Source: a virus
Lineage: Duplodnaviria; Heunggongvirae; Uroviricota; Caudoviricetes
IMG/VR virus record: IMGVR_UViG_3300008108_000006
DNA: 64,000 bases
Direction: 5' to 3' (one strand)
In this document: piece by piece, positions 41,156 to 50,165 of the stretch
Numbering within the stretch: position 1 is the first letter of the stretch
Layout of the letters: each line of letters opens with the position of its first letter
Translations under genes and position numbers: made by a program
Notes under the pieces: generated by a model
Databases searched by the model: none
Told to the model about the DNA's origin: nothing
Seen by the model: the letters and a program-made list of their open reading frames with translations, nothing else

Positions 41156-44100
41156 AGTTTAAACTTCTTTTTAAGATTGTAAGGATTATCAGTATCGGCA
41201 TCATTATTAGAATTAAACAATTTACTCAATCTTGTTTTATCATCACTACTTGGTGTAAAATCAGTCGTATATGAACAAGTCCTATCAACACCAACGTTTA
41301 TACCAACAACATTTAGAATGTCTTTATTAATTGTGTTTTTATTATCATCAACAATACTTAATTCCGTATTATAAGCACTTTCAAAGACCGACTTCACCTT
41401 ACCAAATTCATCATTTATTATTGTAAGTGAAATAGGATCTGTGATACCGTTAGTGATTGCACTCATAAAATTAGTATAATCATTAATATAAACACCACTC
41501 ATTAACATATATTCTAACTTAGATTCCGGAGTTGTAAACCCAAATTTAGTAACAGGGAATATTTCAGAGTCAAATTTGAAGCTTTGAGTCACATAAGGTG
41601 GGTAATCCCCATCAGTTAAAGTAGTTATAAATTGATTACAATAGGTTCCTATTGTTGTTAAGTCAGTAGTCATTACCGAAAGAGTTGAACCCGTTATTTT
41701 ATATAACTTCGGTTCTCCCTTTTCAATGAAACCATCTCTTTCAGTTAATACATAATTCAATTTATCTATTGTAAATACATAGTCTTGTTCTAACGTATTC
41801 AATGATTGAATTGATGTGGTAAGTTTAGTTAAAAACGTAGGTGCATATCCACTAACATAGTTTATGTAGTTCTGTTTCAAATCTCTAACTACACTATTTT
41901 TAACATTTCTGTTTTGTTCTAATGTGGATATTTGAGATAATGATCCATTATTGATTTTACTTTGTAATTGTGAGAAGAAAGAAACATACCTGGATTGAAT
42001 ATTTACAGGTGATCCAAATAGATTAACATCTTGTGGTGACGTATATTGATTGAACTTACCTGTGTTATATTTTAGAACATTCGTAACGTTTTGTAATACC
42101 CCATAATTATAATTCTTAAGTGTATCGTTTAAGAAATTATACACACCATTATAATAATTTTTAGACTGTGTAACAAACCCATCAAACACTTTAGTATATG
42201 ATATATTACCATAAACCACGGTAGATGTTCCCGACGTTGCCGCAGAGGTTGTAGTACTCTTAATTTCACCAATTGTTGCACCACCAAGTGATGTGGAAAC
42301 CGGAGTTGCTTGTGAAACCGATGTGGTTGTCTCAGTTTCAGTTAAACCTAATGCACCAATAAATTGTTGATTGAATTGTTCTCTATCTTCCGTTTTTTCA
42401 GCTCTTTCATCATACATCTCAGTATTTGCATAATAATTAAACGATAATGCGTTTTGTAATTTTTCAATTGGTTCTTTAAGTCCCGAACCACCAATAAAGT
42501 TAAAACTTAACGTAACATCACAAATCATCGGTTGCATACCAATACCTTCGGGATTCAAATCAAAATTTTCAAATTTGAAACTTAAGTTTGTTGGAATAAT
42601 TTTAGTATTATAGAAATCACCAATTCTTAGCACCAACACAGGTGGGGCACCAAACGCGGTGTTTGTTGCAACATCCGTTACAGGTTTTCCATCCAAACCT
42701 ATTGTTGGTATCGTATCACCCGGTCTTACACATTGATTTAAGAATGTCAATCTTGAATTTAATCCTTCAGGTGTCATTGAGTGAAACGTTGGATTAAAAT
42801 ATTTGATCTTGTCTTTGATTGAATCAAAAACAACAGGATCAGTACTTTTCAATATATCAAAATAGTTACACTCAGATAATAAAGATCTAACAATTCTCTT
42901 ACTAACATCATTTTTAATTTTTTGTTGTATGGTTGTAGTCGTTACAGGTTTTGGTGCTTCCAATGGTAATTGTCCTGTTGTTTGTTCTTGCTTAGGTGGT
43001 ACCGCACTTATTTGTGGTGGTGGAGGTGCTTGAGGAATATCACCGGGAACATATTTAATATCCTTAATTGCAACTCTTCTACAAGCAGATGCTTGAACGG
43101 AAAATATCTTATTGTATGGTATATTTTTAGTATCTAAGTCAGTACAATTATAACCCTGTGATTTAGTCCCTTTATTGAAACTATATAGTGTAGCACTTGA
43201 TTCTTGCTCACCTCTCGCAGAACCCGAATCAATTTTCAATCTTCCCGAATCTATGTATGAACCCAAAACATTTTGGAAATAATCTTTAACACTATCAATT
43301 CTTCTTTTTGACAAATCAACGTTGTAACTTATTGTTGCAGGTGCGGACGCAGAACCAATTAAAGTAATTGTTATACTTTTAGCAGTCCCGTCATCCAAAA
43401 CTTTCTTTATCTCGGGAACCAATTTATTACCAACAGTTGTGAAGTTATCAATAACAATATCATCAAAGAAATTTTGCATCTCAGTTTGTGTATTATTTCT
43501 TGAAGCAACTTCAATGAAGGTTGTTTCCTTACTTAATAAGAAATTATATTCAACATCATAAGCACTCGTTGTTTGAGTTAATCTCGTATTTGGATCGGGA
43601 TAATCGTTGTAAAAATAAAAACCTAAGTTTTTAAACTTATCCCAATTTAATTCAGATGGTTTGGTTTGTTGAGGAATAATTGGTGCCGGTTGTGATTGAT
43701 TAATCGGTTGTGTAGATTCCTGTGTTGCAGGATTTTGTGGTGTTGTTGTATTAACAATTGATTGAAAATATACCAAATCCGATGCCGGTATGGTATTATA
43801 TGTTTGAGCCAATTCATACAAATCATATTCTTTACAACCCGCGAAGAAAGAATCAACGATATTATCAGCAGTTTCTCTATCAGTATTCGCCAAAACCTTA
43901 TTAACAATAAGATTTAATATAGATGGGTGATCCACCACAATCTTAAATGATAATTGACCCGATCTTGATGTGTTTTTATAAGTATAAACAGGTTCAGGTC
44001 GTCCAATAAATGTATTTTCATTAAACGACGGTCTTGAATCCTCACTAAATGTTAAACCATAAGGTGGGAACCACATTATTCTACCCCCATTAGGACCTCT

Positions 44101-45966
44101 CTCACAAGCAGGAAGGTCCGACACTCTAAAACCTTCTTTATTTGACGTTCTCCAAGCCAAGTTTTCAATACTAAACATGTATTTGGTAACGTTTTTCTCA
44201 ACTGCAGTTGGATTAACGTTGTTACTTGTCGGAACAATATTCAAATTATATGTTGAAGTTATTACAGAATTAACAAATTGATAGATACTACCTTTTTGTT
44301 TCTGTAAATTTTCATAATTAATATATGGTTTGTCCTTAGCAAACACCCTACAATATTCTCTACCCGCTTCCGTTCCCGACGCATTAGTGTAAGATATCAC
44401 CCTAGAACCCTTAGTTAATTCCTTATACCCATCACTAAATACTTTAGATACTTGGTCAATTGCGTTACCAACGTGGTTAAGTCTCTTAGCACCATCGGGT
44501 TGTGAATCTATTAACCTTTGAGTATCATCTAAAATACTACCCGGTCTAAATTCATAATTAGTTGATTTACCCGCATTGAATTTATCACTAATACTATTAA
44601 ATGTTGGGTTATTTGTGGTATAATCACCACCAGGTGCTACATTTTTACCCGCATTTTTACTATATTTCGGTGATACCCATGTGAACCCTCCTTGAATACC
44701 CCCCGCATCCTCATAAGATTTACCCGCAAAACCGTTTTGGATTTGTATATTATTTTCATAATTATTACCCAATACTTCAGGTCCATATACAGGAGCATTA
44801 ACTTCTCTACCCGTTTCATCTTTTGGTATAGCACCCGGAGGTGATGTTAAAGATCCCGGATCTTGATCCTTTGAACCAACATAAAAGTTTCCTTTAGTTA
44901 AGTTTGATAAATTAAACGAAAATATACCACCTACGGCATCATCACTAAACGCGGGTCTAAACTTGTTTTGTTCAATGTTAGATTGTAGTTGGAATTTTTG
45001 ACCCGATCCTGTATTTTTTAAGAATAAATCCGACGGTGTTCTACCTCTTGACCCTCTCGTTCCAAACGCCCCCGCAACCGCAGCACCAACAACCGTTTGT
45101 TGTGTTCTACCAAGGTTGTTCTGTGTCATATCCTCATCAAAATAATCACCCGGTATCGGTGATACAGGATAGTAAGTTCCTGCAATTCTGTTAAGAATAT
45201 CCGCCATTTTACCAATAGCGTTTGACGGAACAGTAATTGTCCAATCTTTTGATACTATAGGTCTTTTACCCGCCAAAACTTGAGCCACCTCAAATGGATC
45301 TCTAAGTGACTCTAAGAATGTAAGTCTTCCGATTGTTTCGGTTCTAACATTTTGATCAACCCTCGCCTTTAAATTAGCCTTTAACGCAACCCCAATATCA
45401 AACCTTCTTGGTTCAGAATCCAAAGATAATGTACCATCCGACCCTTGTGGATTACTTGAAAGTAAAACCGCATATGGTGAATATAATGAGGGTCTAAAAC
45501 TAGGTGGACCCCAATACGGTGCCAAAACACCTTTAGACCTTTGTATTAAACCAATATTATACGGATTTTGAAAACCTCCGGGAGGTCCGTATTGGTTGAT
45601 AATTGACGATGCTTTTTGATAGGATATACTATAATTCTCAATAGCATCGATATATGGGGGAAATGGTCCATATTCCCCCTTATTAGGTCCCGAACTTACA
45701 ACATTATTATAATTTATAGTTTTATTAAAACCACCATTAGGACCAAATTCATTAATCTTATATAAATTATCAGAAAAAGGACTGTTATCTATTAAAACAT
45801 CAGGAGAATCAATTACACTATAATCCTGTAATTCGGTTGGGTATGTAACCGCACCACTTGGTGGTGTATATACGCCTGGTTTTCTGTAAGGTTTAAGATT
45901 CCTTACAATTAAACTTTTTCTAATGATCTCGGTTGCATTAAACGATAACGGACTAGTTCCCATCAA
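41152..45966 (-). CDS. Large tail-tube initiator/baseplate protein with an OmpA-like peptidoglycan-binding domain
   Basis: FIGRPEPVYTYKNTSRSGQLSFKI and PPVLVLRIGDFY resemble tube-initiator folds; LIGSASA...YNVDLSKRRIDSV...RRVAI matches the OmpA C-terminal motif. Confidence 0.6.
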   Translation of the reverse strand: MMGTSPLSFNATEIIRKSLIVRNLKPYRKPGVYTPPSGAVTYPTELQDYSVIDSPDVLIDNSPFSDNLYKINEFGPNGGFNKTINYNNVVSSGPNKGEYGPFPPYIDAIENYSISYQKASSIINQYGPPGGFQNPYNIGLIQRSKGVLAPYWGPPSFRPSLYSPYAVLLSSNPQGSDGTLSLDSEPRRFDIGVALKANLKARVDQNVRTETIGRLTFLESLRDPFEVAQVLAGKRPIVSKDWTITVPSNAIGKMADILNRIAGTYYPVSPIPGDYFDEDMTQNNLGRTQQTVVGAAVAGAFGTRGSRGRTPSDLFLKNTGSGQKFQLQSNIEQNKFRPAFSDDAVGGIFSFNLSNLTKGNFYVGSKDQDPGSLTSPPGAIPKDETGREVNAPVYGPEVLGNNYENNIQIQNGFAGKSYEDAGGIQGGFTWVSPKYSKNAGKNVAPGGDYTTNNPTFNSISDKFNAGKSTNYEFRPGSILDDTQRLIDSQPDGAKRLNHVGNAIDQVSKVFSDGYKELTKGSRVISYTNASGTEAGREYCRVFAKDKPYINYENLQKQKGSIYQFVNSVITSTYNLNIVPTSNNVNPTAVEKNVTKYMFSIENLAWRTSNKEGFRVSDLPACERGPNGGRIMWFPPYGLTFSEDSRPSFNENTFIGRPEPVYTYKNTSRSGQLSFKIVVDHPSILNLIVNKVLANTDRETADNIVDSFFAGCKEYDLYELAQTYNTIPASDLVYFQSIVNTTTPQNPATQESTQPINQSQPAPIIPQQTKPSELNWDKFKNLGFYFYNDYPDPNTRLTQTTSAYDVEYNFLLSKETTFIEVASRNNTQTEMQNFFDDIVIDNFTTVGNKLVPEIKKVLDDGTAKSITITLIGSASAPATISYNVDLSKRRIDSVKDYFQNVLGSYIDSGRLKIDSGSARGEQESSATLYSFNKGTKSQGYNCTDLDTKNIPYNKIFSVQASACRRVAIKDIKYVPGDIPQAPPPPQISAVPPKQEQTTGQLPLEAPKPVTTTTIQQKIKNDVSKRIVRSLLSECNYFDILKSTDPVVFDSIKDKIKYFNPTFHSMTPEGLNSRLTFLNQCVRPGDTIPTIGLDGKPVTDVATNTAFGAPPVLVLRIGDFYNTKIIPTNLSFKFENFDLNPEGIGMQPMICDVTLSFNFIGGSGLKEPIEKLQNALSFNYYANTEMYDERAEKTEDREQFNQQFIGALGLTETETTTSVSQATPVSTSLGGATIGEIKSTTTSAATSGTSTVVYGNISYTKVFDGFVTQSKNYYNGVYNFLNDTLKNYNYGVLQNVTNVLKYNTGKFNQYTSPQDVNLFGSPVNIQSRYVSFFSQLQSKINNGSLSQISTLEQNRNVKNSVVRDLKQNYINYVSGYAPTFLTKLTTSIQSLNTLEQDYVFTIDKLNYVLTERDGFIEKGEPKLYKITGSTLSVMTTDLTTIGTYCNQFITTLTDGDYPPYVTQSFKFDSEIFPVTKFGFTTPESKLEYMLMSGVYINDYTNFMSAITNGITDPISLTIINDEFGKVKSVFESAYNTELSIVDDNKNTINKDILNVVGINVGVDRTCSYTTDFTPSSDDKTRLSKLFNSNNDADTDNPYNLKKKFKL

Positions 45967-46004
45967 TAATTCATTTTAATATAAATAGATTAGTAGCTAT
46001 TTTT

Positions 46005-47744
46005 TTATTGACCCGGCGCGTTATAAACATCAGGTTCTTTTAATACTGCTTTAACTGCGTTTGAAAATTGTAAATTTTTAGCATCTATTTGACCAACAAC
46101 TCTATTATCTTGCATAATATCCACCCTACCCGTTAATTGGACAGTAACGGGATCAACTCTAACAGTTTCCGGTTTCTTAGTTTCTTTAATACCTAATTGT
46201 TCTATAAGATCACTAACAATACTTCCAACCGCAGGAACAACAATATTTTCTTTAGAAATTTGTGTTTGAAATGTGGATGCAAAATCAATTGAGGATATTC
46301 TGTCAATACTTTTACTAAAGTTTTCAGAAAAATCAACAATAAAGTCGTTAAGAGTTGTTCCAAACTTATCGTTAAACCCTTCAAGGTCACCCTTAACTAA
46401 ATCCTTTATTGCATCAACACCACCGGTTTCAAATCTATCTACTAATTGTCGTTGATCTCCGGGACGAAATGCCTGTCTAACACCTTCAGTAACAATTCTT
46501 TGACCTCCTCTTTGTATTTCAATAAGATCTTGGAACACTTTACTACTAGCAATCCCCGACACTCCGAAACCAACTTTAATCGCTGTCAAATTATTGTTCA
46601 TCATTTGTTGTGTTGATAATTGTTCCGCAGCAAAATCCTCTAAGGTTTTGGCACTTGTTGTTTGTGCTTTTATCTTTTCTAAATCACCTTGTTGTAGTTG
46701 TGAAACCAATCTATCTTGACCATCAACTTTAACCGTAAAACCTCCTTTAATCTTATCAAAATTAGCAACACCCGACAAAAACATTTTTGTTTCTTCGTCA
46801 ATTCCGGCAACTTTTAATTCTTTTGATACTTCATTAAGTTGAGCCCTTGCCTTAGCCATTTTAACCATGTTATCATAACTAAGTCCCGTTTCTTCGGAAA
46901 TTTTCATTAAATCTCGTCTAGCAGCTGGAGGTATCTCAAATTTACCGGTTTCTTTATTCAAAAAACCCATTCTTTCAACCACACCACCAATAGCTTCTTG
47001 TAGTCCTTCAGTGTCTTCTTGTGCCAAATACATCAACCTAAACGGATCTGCTAAATCACCAACAGCAACCCCTAATCGTTGAAATGTATTTACCGCACTA
47101 ATAGCACCTTCAGGGTCAAATACTTTTGACGCAAAATTAAATACGTCGGACATATCAATCTTTAGTAAAGCCGCTTTTGCCGCCATCCTTGCCAAACCAT
47201 CAACACCCGTTTGAAATCCAAATTTATTAGCATTTGATAAATTATCACTAACTTGTTGAAATACTTGATTTGTATTTGCTCCGAATTTTCTAGCTTCAGA
47301 TAATATGGTTAATGTGTTTTCACCAAAATTATTCATGGATTCACCAAAGTCAGCAAATTTTACAAAACTTTGTGTAATGGATTGAATACCTAAACCGGTT
47401 GCTGTCGCTGCCGCTTGGATCTCAACCATATTTTTAGCACCAACAACAAAACTATATTCAAGTTCAGAGGCGATATTAGAAATTATGTCAGCCGCTTTTT
47501 GTGTTAAATTAGCAACATCGGTACCTTGGTCAATAACCAAAGCCAAATCTTTAGATGCGTCGGCAATAGTTTTGGAAACCTCTCTATAAGTTTCCCTATT
47601 GGCAGTCATGTTCTTTTGAACGGACAGAGATTGCTCATCAAGATTTTCACGAAATTCCTGCAGATTTGCAAAAAATTGTTTGGTAAGAATGTCGGCCAAT
47701 CCTTGTCCATATTTATTTAAATCGTCAAAAATATTTTGTGCCAT
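46005..47744 (-). CDS. Tape measure protein
   Basis: Ala/Gln-rich helical protein located directly after the tube and chaperone genes. Confidence 0.7.
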   Translation of the reverse strand: MAQNIFDDLNKYGQGLADILTKQFFANLQEFRENLDEQSLSVQKNMTANRETYREVSKTIADASKDLALVIDQGTDVANLTQKAADIISNIASELEYSFVVGAKNMVEIQAAATATGLGIQSITQSFVKFADFGESMNNFGENTLTILSEARKFGANTNQVFQQVSDNLSNANKFGFQTGVDGLARMAAKAALLKIDMSDVFNFASKVFDPEGAISAVNTFQRLGVAVGDLADPFRLMYLAQEDTEGLQEAIGGVVERMGFLNKETGKFEIPPAARRDLMKISEETGLSYDNMVKMAKARAQLNEVSKELKVAGIDEETKMFLSGVANFDKIKGGFTVKVDGQDRLVSQLQQGDLEKIKAQTTSAKTLEDFAAEQLSTQQMMNNNLTAIKVGFGVSGIASSKVFQDLIEIQRGGQRIVTEGVRQAFRPGDQRQLVDRFETGGVDAIKDLVKGDLEGFNDKFGTTLNDFIVDFSENFSKSIDRISSIDFASTFQTQISKENIVVPAVGSIVSDLIEQLGIKETKKPETVRVDPVTVQLTGRVDIMQDNRVVGQIDAKNLQFSNAVKAVLKEPDVYNAPGQ

Positions 47745-47769
47745 AAACTTTATTTACAATAAATATTGA

Positions 47770-47935
47770 TTAGTTAGTTTTGGGTGTTAAATCCGTGACC
47801 AACTTGTTCATCAAATATTTCCTAAAATAAGTGGGCATACGATAAAAATCTCCATAAGAAACATGTAGATGCTTCGCCAAATAATAAAATTCGTCAGATA
47901 ATACTCTGTTATAATCAGAAGAAAGGGCGAAAAAA
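47770..47935 (-). CDS. Frameshift extension of the tail assembly chaperone (gpGT-like); absent from the ORF track
   Basis: The +1 frame after GAG TTT TTT CGC reads FFALSSDYNRVLSDEFYYLAKHLHVSYGDFYRMPTYFRKYLMNKLVTDLTPKTN* (stop at 47770-47772); lies between the chaperone and tape measure genes. Confidence 0.65.
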
Positions 47936-48658
47936 CTCTGCCCCAAAGGCGATATTCAAATCTACCTTTTTTCCGGATGGGGCGATAACTGTTTTCACAA
48001 GATCCAATCTTGGTTCATTTTCATTAATGAATTTTTTAATGTATTTAGAATCCATAATAGGCATAGATTCAATAAACTTAATAATATTTTCAGGGCTAGT
48101 ATCATCATTAATACTAATAATTGACTTAGCCAAACTTGTAGTCACCGTAGGTGCTTTACCCACAGGATACATCGCATTCATTCTATCCAACTCTGTCATA
48201 TCACCCAATGTCAATGGTTTTAATTTTACCTTCACTTCACTTCTTGGTAAAGTTGTGGTCCATGTCCCATCCTCATTAGGTAATTGATTTGTTCGTTTAA
48301 TATTTAACTCATCTAACATCACATTACCCTTAAACTCATTACCAGTCTCGGGGTCAATTAATTTGAATGTGTATTCGGGACCAAACGATGTGTTCCTTAA
48401 AAAGATAAGAATAGCTTCAATATCACCATTTAACAAATCTTCGGGTCTAATTCCCGGTTCATATAATTTTGATCTAATTAGTGTTGTTACTATGGAATCG
48501 GAAGGTGCCGACATAATTGTGTTTTCATCCGAAGCGGTCAAATATCCCACTTTCACAGATTCCTTTTTATTTTTATAAAAAATTCCTCTTGATGGTAAAG
48601 GCACCACATCATGTGGTAAATTAAAATCAATTTGTCCGTATTGTGTTGCGTCTTGCAT
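47915..48658 (-). CDS. Tail/baseplate assembly chaperone (T4 gp26-like)
   Basis: VPLPSRGIFY, LTASDE, DLLNGDIEAILIFLRNTSFG and C-terminal EFFRP; located between the tube and tape measure genes. Confidence 0.7.
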   Translation of the reverse strand: MQDATQYGQIDFNLPHDVVPLPSRGIFYKNKKESVKVGYLTASDENTIMSAPSDSIVTTLIRSKLYEPGIRPEDLLNGDIEAILIFLRNTSFGPEYTFKLIDPETGNEFKGNVMLDELNIKRTNQLPNEDGTWTTTLPRSEVKVKLKPLTLGDMTELDRMNAMYPVGKAPTVTTSLAKSIISINDDTSPENIIKFIESMPIMDSKYIKKFINENEPRLDLVKTVIAPSGKKVDLNIAFGAEFFRPFF

Positions 48659-48688
48659 AAAAAAACCGTAGAGTTTGGCTCTACGGTT
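48659..48688 (-). terminator. Terminator/attenuator after the tail tube gene, abutting the chaperone ATG
   Basis: Minus strand AACCGTAGAG-CCAAA-CTCTACGGTT-TTTTT-ATG. Confidence 0.75.
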
Positions 48689-48720
48689 AAATATAGTGTA
48701 GTAATATTTTTAGTAAATAA

Positions 48721-49209
48721 TTAATATACCAAGATACAACGATCCATACGTAATGAACAAGATAGAGTCGCTAACTTATCATCACTATATGATGCTTGTG
48801 ACCAAGATACATCAGTCAAGAAAGTATTTTCAAGTATCCACTTTTCAACAACAACACCCGTTGGATCTAACATCTCTAAGTCAATGTTTTTCTTATAACC
48901 CGCAGCATAACCCATACGACCTGTTACAGATTCAGCGTGCAAACGAACCCACTCCATTAATGCCTGTGTTGCCGATGGCCCAATAGGATCCACAAAATCA
49001 ACTTTAATCGGGTCCCAATTGAATCTACCCGCAACGAATGTACTTGTATTTAAGAACGGTATTTCTGTACTACCTATTTTTATTGCCGGTCTTCCCGAAC
49101 TCTGAACATACCATTCGTTAATACCCAATGAAGAAGGGAATCTTAATATAAATCGGTTATTCCTTTTGGGTTCATAAGGAATAGGCATTTTCATTAACAA
49201 ATCAGCCAT
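48721..49209 (-). CDS. Tail tube protein (gp19-like)
   Basis: YEPKRNNRF, WDPIKVDFVDP, YKKNIDLEMLDPTGVVVEKW; 162 aa, near the sheath gene. Confidence 0.88.
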   Translation of the reverse strand: MADLLMKMPIPYEPKRNNRFILRFPSSLGINEWYVQSSGRPAIKIGSTEIPFLNTSTFVAGRFNWDPIKVDFVDPIGPSATQALMEWVRLHAESVTGRMGYAAGYKKNIDLEMLDPTGVVVEKWILENTFLTDVSWSQASYSDDKLATLSCSLRMDRCILVY

Positions 49210-49301
49210 ATCTTTAAATTTTAATCTTTTTTAGTTTTATATATAAATACTCGTCAAAAAGTTTTTCTATTTACTTTTTTTTTTGACAAACTATTCTCAT
49301 A

Positions 49302-50162
49302 TTAATATTTCTTTTTTATACCTCCGGTCGTTGAATAAGTTGTTAAATCAACTCCTTCGGGTTTATTTTTTTCAAAATGAGTTTTCATTTTTTCAACGTT
49401 TCTAATATCATCATCTGAAAATCCAATCATAGGTATGAACTTATTAGCAATCTTTTCTTTCATGAAAGCTCTTTTATGAATTTTCTTAGCAATTTTTTTA
49501 ACGTGATCAATAAAATCATTCATAGCATCAATTTTACCCTCTTCGGGGTTTGAAGCACTTCCCGAACCATAACTAACTGGTGAAAATTGACACATATCTA
49601 AATATTCACGAATAATTTCATCATCCGACATATCTTCCATATCATCAATAGATCTGTAATTTCTTAGATTTTTAATCAAAAGTTTTTTATTAATACCATT
49701 GTGATTTGATACTATCATATTATATACCGATTCTTTCAGAGTATCGGGTTTGTGACCTCTAGCCGTTATAATAGCAAACACCGAACCACCATTAATCGCT
49801 TCAATAAAATCATCCCAAGCCGGACCAGTATCGGCAACCATTGAATCAATCAAAAAATCCTTATCACCTTCAGTTCTAAAGTTTCTAAATGGGTCATCTG
49901 CAAATCCTACAATAGTTCTACCTTTATATTTAAAGGGTTCTTTACCAATCTCTGTTCGGTACTCAGCAAAATCCTCCGTTCCCATAGGTACTTCATCCCC
50001 ATCCTCATCTTCTAACATGATTTTGGTCGGCATATAAAGTAAATTATCATCCCAATCAAAAGCATAATACTTCATGTCAGGAGTTCCTTTGTCACCAATC
50101 CCCTCGTTAATGTATGAGGGAATTAGTGATTTTAGGATTCTATTTTTTAATAGATCTTTCAT
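49302..50162 (-). CDS. HAD-superfamily phosphatase-like protein
   Basis: Motif I YAFDWDDNL, motif II IITARG and motif IV IGFSDDD. Confidence 0.65.
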   Translation of the reverse strand: MKDLLKNRILKSLIPSYINEGIGDKGTPDMKYYAFDWDDNLLYMPTKIMLEDEDGDEVPMGTEDFAEYRTEIGKEPFKYKGRTIVGFADDPFRNFRTEGDKDFLIDSMVADTGPAWDDFIEAINGGSVFAIITARGHKPDTLKESVYNMIVSNHNGINKKLLIKNLRNYRSIDDMEDMSDDEIIREYLDMCQFSPVSYGSGSASNPEEGKIDAMNDFIDHVKKIAKKIHKRAFMKEKIANKFIPMIGFSDDDIRNVEKMKTHFEKNKPEGVDLTTYSTTGGIKKKY

Positions 50163-50165
50163 TTA

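Noticed and set aside
50098-50123. Hairpin ATTCCCTCAT...ACGAGGGGAT just after the sheath stop
   Set aside because: Imperfect stem, no U-tract, and inside the HAD coding region; not supportable as a terminator.
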